From Eledone cirrhosa (Eukaryota), in assembly GCA_964016885.1 (NCBI GenBank), contig OZ024743.1, forward strand, positions 227,292,001-227,356,000: a stretch of DNA of 64,000 bases, in the 5' to 3' direction. The notes below the pieces were generated by a model. That model did not search any database. It saw only the letters and a list, made by a program, of their open reading frames with translations, and was not told where the DNA came from. Below, piece after piece: positions 25,431 through 38,393 of the stretch. How positions within the stretch are numbered: the stretch's first letter is position 1; every line of letters starts with the position of its first letter. The position numbers and the translations under genes are program-made.

Positions 25431-25837
25431 CGAGTTGATTTGTGTTTTTCTGAGTGTGTTTATGGAAATATAACATTTTATTATATTTAAATTCTCTGCA
25501 TATAACATTTCTCATATACATTTCTAACTCTGATTTGTATAAATCTGTCATTATCCATGAATATATATACAATTATATATGTGTATAATTTTACATATAT
25601 ATATTTATCTATGTGATGTGTAAGTGTACTTATATTAGTATATATGTGAGTTTATTGTGTGTATTAACTGAATCATTGTGTGCATGTATGTGAATAGAGC
25701 TTTGTCCCATAAATAAGTCAGAATGGAATTCCTATTGGAAAAGTTGTCCATGTAATACTTTACATATACTCGTATATATGTGATCGACAAATAGATAAAT
25801 AGATGACTGCGTATATAAACGTATACATACATACATG

Positions 25838-25962
<125 letters not shown>

Positions 25963-26106
25963 ATATATATATACATATTTATTTATTTATATGTATATAT
26001 GTGTGTGTGCACATCTCTCTTTTTCTCCTTCTCTCTCGCTCTCTGTATATATATATATATTTATATAATATACACACATAAAGAAATATACATACATATA
26101 TATATA

Positions 26107-26314
<208 letters not shown>

Positions 26315-27042
26315 CAGAAAAGGAGAGAGAGTTGGGGAGAGAAATGTTGATATAATTTTAGCAGGACATTAAAATATCACGCGCGCACACATGCGCACAT
26401 GCAGCAATATATCACCTCACACCACATATTTTTATATGTATGTGCGTATGCACTATCTGTATGTACGCATGTGTGTGAATGTGTACTGTCTGTATGTATG
26501 CATGTGTAAGATTGTGTACTGTCTGTATGCATACATGTGTGTGAACGTGTGAATGTCATAGATCAACTTCTATCAGGGTTCACACAGGTTACTCAACATT
26601 AACGAAAACTAGACCAACAATTGCAACAAGAGCAGCAACAACAACACCAATAACAAAGAGACACTGTTAAAAACAGTGCTATCACCTGCTCACTAATGAT
26701 CTAATTGTAGTGAACAGAGCTTCTGAATTAGCGATGACTAGATGAATAAGTAATGAAACGTTGTACAAACTTTTAGGAAATTTATAATAATTCCTTCATA
26801 AACAACAGAATAAAAGCAAATGGTATCATCATAATCGTTATTATTGATTTTATGTTTGTTGTTGTTCTTGTTTTTGTTGTTATGAATGATGTTATTGTAA
26901 TTGTCGTTCTCATTATTATGATTAATACTATAGATTCACAAAATTGGTAACACAAAGGATAATCTCCCTTTCATTTTGATTTCAAATCTCGCCGAGGTCC
27001 TTTTTTCATTCAATTGTCTGTCATCGATAAAATAAGGTACAT

Positions 27043-27078
<36 letters not shown>

Positions 27079-27079
27079 T

Positions 27080-28058
27080 GTTTTTTTATTTGCCACAGGG
27101 GCGTACAAAAAATGGGACATTACAAGACGTGACGGCGGGGGTTTTACATAAAAATAACTTTAACATTAATAAATAACAATAAACTATATATAATAAAATA
27201 ACAATTGAAATCCCCAGTAAGGGGAAACGTTACTGCAGGGTTGTTTTACACCCCGTGGATAGAACAGCCCTCAACACCAGGAACACGTTTTGTAGGGGTT
27301 CCTGTCTTCCCTCTGTTTATCTTCCTCAACCTACAGGTTTATATACAGAGAAGGCCCATTCACTCGGGCCATTTTCACCACATTCACCCACCTTTCAGCG
27401 AATTTACTGGGGTGTAGCACCTCTCTCTCCACTCTCACCTTCCTTCTGAAGTGATACTTAAAGAAGGGGATAAGTTGTTGTCCGGAGAGAAAGGTGTTAG
27501 CCCTCAGTTCTTTTAACCTCGTCCACCATATTTCCTCTTTCGCCATAGCCTCCAGACAGAGGAAAACTGCCTCTCCTTCGTTCTTAAATGAAGGCGGCGG
27601 GGTGATCCTCACGATGGACTCGGCTGACAACTGGATGCGTCCCACACGTGACAGCAGCTGTTCGACAAAATTCCACAGGTCGGTCACCCCTGGGTACTGA
27701 ACAATTGCGTGCAGAACGGTTTCGATGTCCTGCTCGCATCTTGGACAGGTCCTTTTGGCAGGATCTTTACAGGGCGTCCGTTCCTGTAGATTTTGTCTCG
27801 AACTGGTAGAGTTCCTCGGTAGCACTGCCAGGCCAGAGACCTCTCGAAGTTATCCATTGGCCCTGGACAGAAAGTCCTCCCGAACAGACTTGTCAGTTCG
27901 TCCTCCTCGATGCCTAGATTTTCCCCGAGAACATCGTCGCACCTATCCTCCACTAATCCCCTATAGAATGTTGAAGTGGCGTGTCCGCTGATTGCCGTTT
28001 CCGCTTGGTAGAGGGCTGTGAGCGCATGTAGGCACTCGAGGTGCCAGGCACCAGACAG
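27080..28058 (-). mobile_element. Tx1-clade LINE 3' fragment (ORF2 C-terminus + 3'UTR) ending at (ATCT)n
   Basis: GPMDNFERSLAWQCYRGTLPVRDKIY; CPRCEQDIETVLHA; homologous to 37200-38146 and 42800-43785; CCCCTGTGGCAAATAAA end. Confidence 0.9.
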
Positions 28059-28511
28059 TGGAGGAGAGAGGGTGATATAATGTCACCTCAATTTGACAAG
28101 AAATGGCACAGATTTTCTATCTGAGAGTTTTGCAAGAGGTAGTGTGGTAAATGTAATTGTAAGGATGGAATACAGAGATCTCCCTCTACATTGAAGCCCT
28201 CAAGAAACTTTGTAAGGATGACATGAGATGGGAGATTAGAATGGGAAAAGAAATAGTGCTCACCAATAATTTTGCAGAAATGTTGGTGAAATTGTGCTTC
28301 TTGATGTTTCCACTTTCAATTTTCGTTTGTAATTTCATGACAGGAAGAAGACATTTCATTTCATGTTAAAGAGCATTTAGAGATTTGTGTGTAGTATATT
28401 TTGTTCTAGATTACTATATCCCTATATACATTATATATTTATATACTTTTATTTTTTTTAATATTCTATAGGGTTTTAATTCCTACACAACAATATATAT
28501 ATATATATATT

Positions 28512-28607
<96 letters not shown>

Positions 28608-29020
28608 ATTGTGTGTGTGTGTGTGAGTGCGTGATTGTGTGTGTCTTGTGTTTTTGTAGTCTTCGTTTATGCACTTTACAAAATCTTTACTGTTTATATA
28701 AACAGTTTTTGTAACAAACTACAATAATCGGCAGCTTGGCAGATGAATAAGTGACAAATGTAAATATTAAAACTGCAGTAAAATTACAGTAGAATTACGG
28801 TGACTAGAAAGAGGTGCGACTAGAGAAAAGTTACAACTCGATCTTTGGCTACATATCGGTACGAAAGGCTCCGGAATATTCACAACTAAGAAACATAATT
28901 CACTGGACACATCCCATATAATATGGAAAGCATTGATGAAATAAATTTTTACTACAGCATTAATGTCATACCAGAATTTGTGTTACTCAGTGTTGATGTG
29001 CATTTTTCAGTAATCATAGT

Positions 29021-29391
29021 TAATTGTTTCTACTTTTGGCACAATGCCAGAAATTACACCAGGGTATTACTGGTACTTTATTTTATCGACCCCGTAAGGA
29101 TGAAAGGCAAAGTTAACCTTGGTGAGATATGAACTCAGACCGTAACTTTATGCTGGAAAGCATGGTCTCCAACCCTTTACCGATACTACCAATCCACCGA
29201 CAAATTTCCTAATAAAATGATAAAATAAGAATAGAAAAGACAAATAAAGGCAATAATAATTATAATTTCTGATTCAAGCACAAAGCCAACAATTTTGTGG
29301 TAGGGGTATGTCAATTTAATCAACCTCAATGCGTTACTGGTACATTATTTTGTCGACCTCTTAAAGATGAAAGGCAAAGCTAACTTCGGCA
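29021..29391 (-). mobile_element. Two tRNA-derived SINE copies (29021-29198; partial 29262-29391)
   Basis: Reverse complement of the family core and tail. Confidence 0.75.
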
Positions 29392-30092
29392 GTATACCAA
29401 GCATGTTTTCAGATGCTCTCTCTCAATTATACCTACCTACATTATTGTTTTATCTCCAAGAATGTCATTAGATACTCCAGCGACATCTATTTGATGGCAA
29501 ATTGAATTATGCAACATGTACGGGCAATGAATGATATGTTAATAGCGACATTTCTATCAGGTATTGCCGTGTTTGGTTACTGGCTCTAGGATATCGCATG
29601 TTCGTACGTTCCATCATTAAATTGTATACTTATGCATAATATATCGGGGTTATGCTAATCTAAAATACAGATTTAGCCAATATTGGTTACACAGCAGTAA
29701 TATGATCTGATGTTTCTGTATTCTATAACAATGCTATATTTCGCGGTGGCTGTTTTCCCCTTTTTGTGTGTAGAGAAAAAGAGGGGGCGAGTTAGTTCTG
29801 GTGCTTCTACTAAATTGCTTTATCGTTTTTTTTTTCTGAGAGAGTGTTACAGTGTTAAAATCTGCCCTTCTCATCCAGTATGCATTTTACAGTGTATGCT
29901 ACATTTCTGAGCTCCAAAACTCCTTAAAAGCTTTTGACTATTCAAATGCAAGAGGGGACCATACGGTAGTTATTCAAACACACACCACACAAAACTACAT
30001 GGAAACACTTTGAGCAAATATATATTATTTGCACATATTCTAATGTCTGTTTATATATATATATTTATGTAATAAACAACATAAGGCAATTA

Positions 30093-30153
30093 TTTCATTT
30101 ACCAGTGGTTTCTTGAAAGCAAACAAATTTTGCTTTCAATCATCACAATGAAA
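30093..30153 (-). ncRNA. Hammerhead copy with core mutation (GUGAUGA)
   Basis: Reverse complement of 30266-30326 except C3 to G. Confidence 0.7.
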
Positions 30154-30265
30154 AATTCCTGGTGTATTTATTGACATTGGATTAAAATTTATTTATTGAC
30201 ATTGGATTAATATTTATTAATTGACATTGGATAAAAATCCAATGTCAATAAATACACCAGGATTT

Positions 30266-30326
30266 TTTCATTCTGATGATTGAAAGCAAAATTTGTTTGC
30301 TTTCAAGAAACCACTGGTAAATGAAA
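30266..30326 (+). ncRNA. Type I hammerhead ribozyme, canonical
   Basis: Stem I UUUCAUU/AAUGAAA; CUGAUGA; perfect 11-bp stem II UUGAAAGCAAA/UUUGCUUUCAA; GAAA; CCACUGG; GUA. Confidence 0.9.
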
Positions 30327-30419
30327 TAATTGCCTTATGTTGTTTATTACATAACTATTAAGCTCTGTAACCTACATACACTCTTTTTTCCTGGACCTTT
30401 CCAACGGAATTACTTCACC

Positions 30420-30510
<91 letters not shown>

Positions 30511-30725
30511 GTTAAAAGTGTACATCTACATATGTATACGGAAATATTAGTATGCATATAAATACACACATGTATACATATGTACATGTACTGAGTTTTT
30601 CACTGGACACTTTACTGTGAGTGTCCAGCTAGTCTGTATGTAACCAAACAGACAAACCGGGTTTTAGAGTCATACGGGTTTTCAAGGAAACACATTTCCT
30701 CTATTCTCCAGAGAGCCAGACAGGA

Positions 30726-30768
30726 ATATTGGACTAGTTTCGATGTTATTACATTTCATCAGCAATAT
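30726..30768 (-). ncRNA. Minimal type I hammerhead ribozyme (inverted copy, first stem II base G to A)
   Basis: Reverse complement of 31240-31282 with one substitution. Confidence 0.85.
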
Positions 30769-31239
30769 ATACCCATCTTCCGGCTTCTCTAGAGAATCGT
30801 AAAAGCACATATCGTTATATGCTTTTTCTATGAAAATTAGTAGTGGGCAGACTAATTTGCATAGAACGTGAGTCATTGTACGCACCGGTTCAGCGGAAAC
30901 GATAAAAACAAATAACGAAACGAAATTAAATTTCGTTTCGCTTCTAACTCAGTTTTGTATGACTGACGCTTAAACAATTAAGTTAAAAGTGTACATCTAC
31001 ATATGTATACGGAAATATTAGTTTAAGCGTCAGTTTAAGCGTCAGTCATACAAAAGTGAGTTAGAAGCGAAACGAAATTTAATTTCGTTTCGTTATTTGT
31101 TTTTATCGTTTCCGCTGAACCGGTGCGTACAATGACTCACGTTCTATGCAAATTAGTCTGCCCACTACTAATTTTCATAGAAAAAGCATATAACGATATG
31201 TGCTTTTACGATTCTCTAGAGAAGCCGGAAGATGGGTAT

Positions 31240-31282
31240 ATATTGCTGATGAGATGTAATAACATCGAAACTAGTCCAATAT
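31240..31282 (+). ncRNA. Minimal type I hammerhead ribozyme, canonical
   Basis: AUAUUG-CUGAUGA-GAUGU/AAUA/ACAUC-GAAA-CUAG-UC-CAAUAU; predicted cleavage after 31276 (GUC); stem I extended by AGAUGGG/CCUGUCU and UCUCUAGAGA/UCUCUGGAGA. Confidence 0.95.
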
Positions 31283-31569
31283 TCCTGTCTGGCTCTCTGG
31301 AGAATAGAGGAAATGTGTTTCCTTGAAAACCCGTATGACTCTAAAACCCGGTTTGTCTGTTTGGTAACATACAGACTAGCTGGACACTCACAGTAAAGTG
31401 TCCAGTGAAAAACTCAGTACATGTACATATGTATACATGTGTGTATTTATATGCATACTAATATTTCCGTATACATATGTAGATGTACACTTTAACTTAA
31501 TTGTTTAAGCGTCAGTCATACAAAAGTGAGTTAGAAGCGAAACGAAATTTTATTTCGTTTCGTTATTTG

Positions 31570-31625
<56 letters not shown>

Positions 31626-31728
31626 AATGTAATACTATTGACAATAGTATTACAACAATATGACCCTCCCCAAATATAACAATATTTGTTTCGACACACG
31701 ATTTCATATCAAAATCATCGCAAAACAA

Positions 31729-31787
<59 letters not shown>

Positions 31788-31867
31788 TGTATGTCTATAT
31801 ACGAATGACCAGTTCTATCCAGTGGTGGACCACCAAACTTAAACGTATATAAATATAAATATATATA

Positions 31868-31953
31868 TACAGGTAAAATTCCATTATAACTAATTTTTCG
31901 TTACAACGAAGTTTTTAATACCCAGTGAATTTCGTTATAACGGAACTTCAATG

Positions 31954-31955
<2 letters not shown>
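31868..31955. mobile_element. Small pogo/Tigger-like MITE remnant
   Basis: TA-CAG..TTCCATTATAAC and GTTATAACGGAA..ATG-TA imperfect terminal inverted repeats. Confidence 0.4.
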
Positions 31956-32038
<83 letters not shown>

Positions 32039-32253
32039 ATGTATGTCCGTGTGTGTGTATGCATATGTGGTCTGTATGTTTATATCTATTAAATTTATTT
32101 CTAATCTTTTCTGTTTTTGTATTTACATTTCAATAATTATTTTTTCATTGCATCGTTTGAAAATACAACTTTTGTACTATAATGGCAAGGAAAGAAAGCT
32201 TTCCCGTTGTTATTTTGATTGTTGTTATTTTGATTGTTGTAATTTTATGATGT

Positions 32254-32290
<37 letters not shown>

Positions 32291-32800
32291 CATCATCATC
32301 ATCATCATCATCATTATCAATATTATTATTATTATTATTATTATTATTGGCGACCTACGTAGAAAATCGTATTATCGTGAGCTCCGCATAGGTTTGTTGT
32401 TTTCAGTTGTTTAAAATTGCCATTTATGGAAAAATGTTTATTGTTAACTGTATATAAGTGCACATACATTGTTTTCTGAATAATACACTCAAAAAGATTG
32501 AGGCCTTGAGCCCAAAATTTAAACTTTTATAATTATCAAACAAACATTTCTTAGAAAAAATCATCGACGTCTCACAGTCACACCTTTCTCACAAACTAAC
32601 ACCTCACACCGACACCAACATTTTAAATATTACTACGTTTGCCAACACTAAAAATATAAGCAGTAGCAATATTTTAAATTTGTCTCAGGCAGACATTCAT
32701 TTACCGTCATTACCAATGACTGCATGTGTTGAAGCCGCCACCCCCACCACCACCACAGCGACAACAGAAACAAAAAAAAAAATTATCTCGTGATATCGAA

Positions 32801-34666
32801 ATGAATTCACCCAAAATGATCGCTTCCACACCGAACACCACTGACGCCACCCCCACCACAACTGAAACTAAAATTAACAATAACAAAAATAACGATAACA
32901 ACAACAGCAACAATGAGAAAACCACCCTGTCATTTGCCAGAGTATCAAAAAAAGTGCGAGGCAATCCAGGTAACTCAGGAGGAATTAGAAGAAGCCAAAA
33001 GAATGGTAAAGAAAGATCGGTACAGGGTCAGCCTCCCCCCTCCCCCCCCCCCCACCTAATAAAATGGAGAATCGGCGCCTATGCACCGTGTCTTATCGGA
33101 CGATTAACATAAAATCGCGCCGAGTGGAACGGGCATCCGAGTCCCAAATCCAAAAAGCTTTGGGACATGTGTGGGCAAAAAAACCCCACATCAGACGTGG
33201 GCAGAAATATGGAACCGTGGACGTGTTCTTTGAAACACCACAGGAGGTCAGAGAACACTCCATGGCCCCATTAAGAAGTGACGACTTCACACTCGTCCCA
33301 AGCTATTGTGGCCAGAGACTTGTGAAGATCAGGGTGACCCACGTTCCACCGGCATCGAAATTCCCTGGCTAATAGCTGCCGTCCTCGCCGGCATCGGAGC
33401 CAACACCAAGATAATCGAAATATCAAAAAAGAAAAGCAGGAGAACTGGTCCGGATCTGGGATGGAGTTCCTGATCCAAGCGGACCAAAAAAGCATTGAGG
33501 AGACCCCAGAGGTAATAGACCTCACTGACGGAAGCCACCTCACCGTAATCGTGGAGGGCATGAGGCCTAGGTGTGTCGTTTGTGGTGAAGGAACCCACCT
33601 AAGGGCTTTCTGCCCTCAGGCTAAAAGGTTGAGGCCACCTTTCTTACCCACCCAGTGACTCAACCATCAACACCACCAGTAGGAGGATGGCAACAACAAC
33701 AAACGCAACTGTAACAGCAACAACCCCAGCAACAGTAGCAAAACCGACACCACCACCACCCAACGCGCCAGAACTAGCACCAGCGCCTACACCATCCACA
33801 ACCAAAACCAACGCCTGTGGAGGATTTTCCACTCCCCGACCTATCGCAACTGGAGACAGATTGTGAAGACGAGGAGTGGGAAACGGTATCAGGAAAAATG
33901 AAAAAAGAAAAAGAAACCAAAAAAGAAGAAAATTCTCTTCCTTCCCCCTCCAAAAACAAAATACAGAGGGAAACAAATAAACTATCAAACAAAAAAGTTA
34001 GGACAGCTATGCCACCATCCACACCAGCATCACCAACCCCATCACCACAAACACCAACACAATCACCATCATTAACCCGAACACCACCATCACCAACACC
34101 ACAAAAGTCACCAAAAAGCGAAACAGAAACAAACCCACAACAAACGCAAACAAAACGAAACAACCAAAAGGATACACACTACACAGCATTAAATTTGAAC
34201 ACAAGGGCGGTGGATTGGCAGTATCAGTGGAGGGTCGGACGCCATGCTTTCCAGCATAGTTACGTCCCTTTACGATCTGAGTTCAAATCCCGCCGAGGTT
34301 GACTTTGCCTTTCATCCTTACGGGGTCGATAAAATAAAGTACCAGTAATGCACTATATAATTGCTGGCCTTCTGCCTAAAGTAGAAACAATTAAATTTGA
34401 ACAACAACCAATTATTTCACTAGATCCAACACAACACCAGCATCACAGATAAAGACTACACAACAACCCAAATGTTCACACCACCTCCACACATACAAAT
34501 GACTCGCATCACACGGAAAACGTACACGACACTAAATCAAAAATTCCCCAAAGACATCGGAGACTTCCGACAAGCACTCTCCAGGAGGATTTTTAAGGAC
34601 ATCCTTCCTGGGAGGCCACAAGCAGTGAAAAGGATGGAGAAACCGTCCTTCCTCTACAAGAAGTAA
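32801..34666 (+). pseudogene. Tx1 copy A ORF1 (nucleic-acid binding, CCHC zinc knuckle), frameshifted and SINE-interrupted
   Basis: IRRGQKYGTVDVFF; VIVEGMRPRCVVCGEGTHLRAFCPQ; EEEWETVSGK; Pro/Thr-rich tail. Confidence 0.8.
34202..34389 (+). mobile_element. Full-length tRNA-derived SINE inserted in Tx1 ORF1 with 14-bp TSD
   Basis: ATTAAATTTGAACA at 34188-34201 and 34390-34403; A-box, B-box, core and tail. Confidence 0.92.
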
Positions 34667-34705
34667 GGTAAGTGGTCTTTCACATCTTTTCCACTCCATT
34701 TCAAC

Positions 34706-37700
34706 ATGACCTCACTCAGAATAGGCAGCATAAATGCGCGTGGCTTGGGGTCGTCATGGAAGCAGAGCCACCTACTCAACGACCTCAAGTCACTAAACAT
34801 AGATGTAGTTGCGATCAGCGAGACCAGAATCTCCGAAGCACGGGCCTTCGCACCGGTCTTCGGCGACTACGATGTGTACGCATCTCCCAGCCGTCCTGTA
34901 TCGGGGGAGGGGGAGTTGCTGTGCTTTTTCGGAGAGGTTGGGTCTCACCATACGGGCCATCTTCCTGGACCCAGAAGGTAAGTTGGTGTTGCTGAACGTG
35001 ACCAGCGGAGACGGGCAAGCTTTCAGGCTAGGAGGGTGCAAGAGCCTCACCAACCTGCTCAGGCGTTTTGAACTCTCTGACAGGTACCGATTGGATTTCC
35101 CGAATGTGCCATTGTAGACTTGGACAAATCGCATAGGGTCATCCAGATCATATCTAGATAGAGTATTTTGTAGGGAAATAGATAGGTCTAGCATAGGCTG
35201 GCCACAATTCAAGATAGTCCTCTACACGGACCACAAGTTCGTGACCTGTGTGCTTGACTTAGATAGGCTTCATAGACGAGGACCCGGCTACTGGAAGCTA
35301 AACGCGTCCTTACCAGCGCGCAAGGCCTACAGAGACCGGATTAGCGAACTTGTTAAGCGGGCATTGACGGGGGCCACCGTCAACAACAAGTGGTGGTTTG
35401 CTCTGAAAAGAGCGATTAGAATAGAGTCCATTAGGTTTAGTAAGGTTTTAGCAATAGAGAAAAATAGAGCAGAGGGAGAACTAGTTAGAAAATTAGACGA
35501 GGCGCTTAACAAAGTCATCGCGACCGACGTACTTGCGGCGAAATTGGCCCTTGACCAATTCTTCAATTCAAAGCACGAAGGATGCGTTGTCAGAGCTAGG
35601 GTGCGTGCTCTCAGACACGAGGGGACGAAAGCCGTTCAATGGGCCCGAGTGGCGGTGGCGCGTCGTGCCAACAAAACCACGATCCGGTCTTTGGTGGACC
35701 ACGACGGGCGCATGCTACACGAACCCGGGCAAATGTGTGAAGCTTTTCAGCGACACTTCGCACAGCTGTTCGGGGGCAGCGGCGGGCCGGGTAGAGGGAT
35801 GGACTTTAGTGTCTACCTTGACGGACTGCCGCAGCTCTCGGCCACTGAGGCGGAGTTTTGCGAAAAGCCGATAACAGCCGCTGAAGTAAGGGAGGCAATG
35901 ACTGGCTGCACAAGGGGTAAATCGCCTGGTTTGGATGGTCTGCCCTATGAACTTTACGTACAGATTCCAGACTTGTTCAGAGGCTTCTTGGCAGACGTCT
36001 ACTGCAACTTGCAACAGAACGGGAGAATTCCCAGCTCTGTGAGCCGTGGAGCTGTGGCGCTGCTGAGAAAGGATCCGAACAAGGGGGATAACATAGATAA
36101 TTTCAGGCCCATAACTCTGCTAAACACAGAGTTCAAGATTCTGGCCAAGGTGCTAGCAAAGATGTTGGCGCTTGTCGTTGGTGGTCTGGTGGGAGAGGCG
36201 CAGACATGCGCCATTCCCGACAGATCAATTCACGACAACCTCCACCTCCTGCGATAAATCGTAGAGAGGGTAGCTAGGCAACCTGGCACGGGTGGGTCCT
36301 TGATCAATTTAGATCAGTTGAAAGCTTTCGATAGGGTCGACCATCGTTACCTAGCGGCAGTCCTGAGTGCGGTTGATTTTGGGCCCATCTTCAGAGGCTG
36401 GATCGCTGCCATGCCCAGCGACATCTGCTCTGTGGTGAGAGTGAACGGTCACCATTCGGAACCGTTCAACATCATGCGCTCGGTCCGCCAAGGATCTCCC
36501 CTCTCGTCCCTCTTGTACGTATTGACTCTCGAGCCATTTCTGCACAACTGGAGACGTTGAGGGGGGTCCCGCGCGAACTAGGATGCGGAAGATCCGTGTC
36601 AGCATATGCGGATGTTGTCACCGTAGTGGAGTCGAACGCCAAACACATCGAGGCGTTCGGCACTACACTAAGAGAATACGAAGCGGTGACAGGAGCAATG
36701 ATCAACCAGGAAAAGTCAGTGGGCCTGCAGCTCGGCACCTGCAGAAGCAGGTCATACCGTCCAACAGTGTCGTCCGGCGCTGGACGGACGGACCGGTTAA
36801 ATTGCTAGGGGTCTGGTTCAGTCCGGACCTCTAGACGGACAAAAACTGGGACGAGGTGACGAGCAGGGTGGCTTCTCTCACCCGGAAATTGGCGGAGAAG
36901 TAGCTATCCCTGAAAGGTCGAGCGGAGGTGGCTAACGCGTACATCGCGTCCGTCATCTACTACCGCCTGACCGTCGTACCTTGTCCTAAGCCCCGCCTGA
37001 CTGCGCTGGAGCGTTTGCTACGTGGAGGGCTGGGCATGCCGTGGCTGATGATGCGCAGACACGCGCTCAAGCTACGACATCTCCACCTCTTCCTCGACGG
37101 TGATCAGGTGTGGCGCCGTTTGCTAGACACTTTTTTCCCCAGCTCGTCTCCTTGACGGAGTTGCAGTCCTGGGTCAAGCGAAGACCGAGAGGGAGCGCTT
37201 GGAGACTGGAATGTCTTCAGGCGCTCACAGCCCTCGACCAATCGGGCAATGTGATCGGTGGAAACTCCACCTTGGCGTTCTATAGGGGATTAGTGGAGGG
37301 TAAGAGCGACAACGTACTTGGAGAAACTCTAGGCGTCGACGAAAATCAACTAGCCAATCTCTTCGGAAGGACTTTCGGGCCGGGGCCTATGGACAACTTC
37401 CAGAAATCCCTGGCCTGGCAGTGCTACTGGGGTGCTTTGCCAGTTCGGTGTAAACTCTACAGGCATGGAGGTGCCGTCAGCCGGGCATGTCCGAGATGCG
37501 CACAGGGCGACGAAACCGTCCTGCACGCACTCGTCCTGTGTCCGAGCATTGCTGACTTGTGGGTTTATGTCGAACACCTGCTGTCACGTGTAGGACGGAT
37601 CCAGCTATCAGCTGAGTCCATCGTGAGGATTGCCCCGCCCTCTTCCTGTAGCCGGGAAGGGCAGGCAGTTTTTATCTGTCTGGTGGCCATGGCGAAAGAG

Positions 37701-37904
37701 ATAGTATGGTGGACACGTTTGAAATGGCTGAAGACGAGCACTTACCTCCTCGGTGATGCCCTGATTAACTTTTTCAAATTTCATTTGAAAAGGAAAATCA
37801 GGGTAGAGAATGAAGTGCTCTCTTCCCAGCATTTTGTTGAAAGATGGGTGAGAGAAGCAAGTATGGCCCGAATGAATGGGCCTTCTCTGAGTATGTGTCT
37901 GTAA
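34706..37904 (+). pseudogene. Tx1 copy A ORF2 (APE endonuclease, reverse transcriptase, Cys motif), disrupted
   Basis: MTSLRIGSINARGL, AISET, GPGYWKLN, KSPGLDGLP, FRPITLLNTEFKILAK, LDQLKAFDRVDH, VRQGSPLS, YADV, GGLGMP, CPRCAQGDETVLHALVLC; stops, frameshifts, deletion in EN near 35030. Confidence 0.93.
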
Positions 37905-38393
37905 ATTAAAGGTGGAGAACTGGGAGAGGGCACTTGCCCTGGTGGTCAGGGTCACTGTGGTCTTTTAATGGGCTTTCTCCACAAATGTCCCTCGGAAGTC
38001 TCCCCCCTATTGTGGAATTTTTCTTTGTTATTTTATTACATCCTCTGTTTTTTACACGCAGAAATGCCCATTTGTACCGTCCTGTATTGTCCTGTACTGT
38101 CCTTAATGTCTACTTTATGTAAACCCTTGTGGTTAATAAAGAAAACATTATTATTATTATTATTATTGTTATTAATATTATTATTATTGTTCTAAGCGGA
38201 CGTATTTTGCTCGCTCACAGTAAGTCGCTTTATTTGCCTGTTAAAATTATTTGTTGTTAAATTTTTCTTGTTCTGTAAGGGATATAAGCCCTTAGACTTT
38301 GCCCCGTGAAGGGGAAAGTAAAATATTTGGGCCTTTTGGCCCAAATATTTGAACTTTTTTTTACATGTTAAAAAATTTACGAAGAAAAAAAAA

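Larger units (their letters stand above)
30065..30420. mobile_element. (TA)n-embedded element with 119-bp inverted arms (30065-30183 / 30236-30354), each with an HHR
   Basis: Reverse-complement arms; spacer made of ATTGACATTGGAT reiterations. Confidence 0.85.
30505..31574. mobile_element. Retrozyme-like element: 470-nt HHR-containing unit as two divergent, longer-than-unit copies inside (TA)n
   Basis: 30505-30975 is the reverse complement of 31033-31502; the unit restarts at 31503 (+ arm) and 30976-31021 repeats 30505-30550 (- arm). Confidence 0.85.
32349..38146 (+). mobile_element. Tx1-clade (L1 group) non-LTR retrotransposon, near full length, inactivated (copy A)
   Basis: ORF1 pieces with CCHC knuckle, ORF2 EN-RT-Cys; AATAAA and (ATT)n tail; preceded by (ATT)n. 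Confidence 0.92.

Noticed and set aside
31123-31326. 67-aa ORF duplicated on both strands (also 30682-30885)
   Set aside because: Starts at GTG, runs through the ribozyme, has no recognisable domain; the duplication is explained by the inverted repeat.
31683-31731. Minus-strand GCGAUGA..GAAA..UC with 10-bp closing stem
   Set aside because: The core is wrong at two positions and the region folds better as a simple hairpin.
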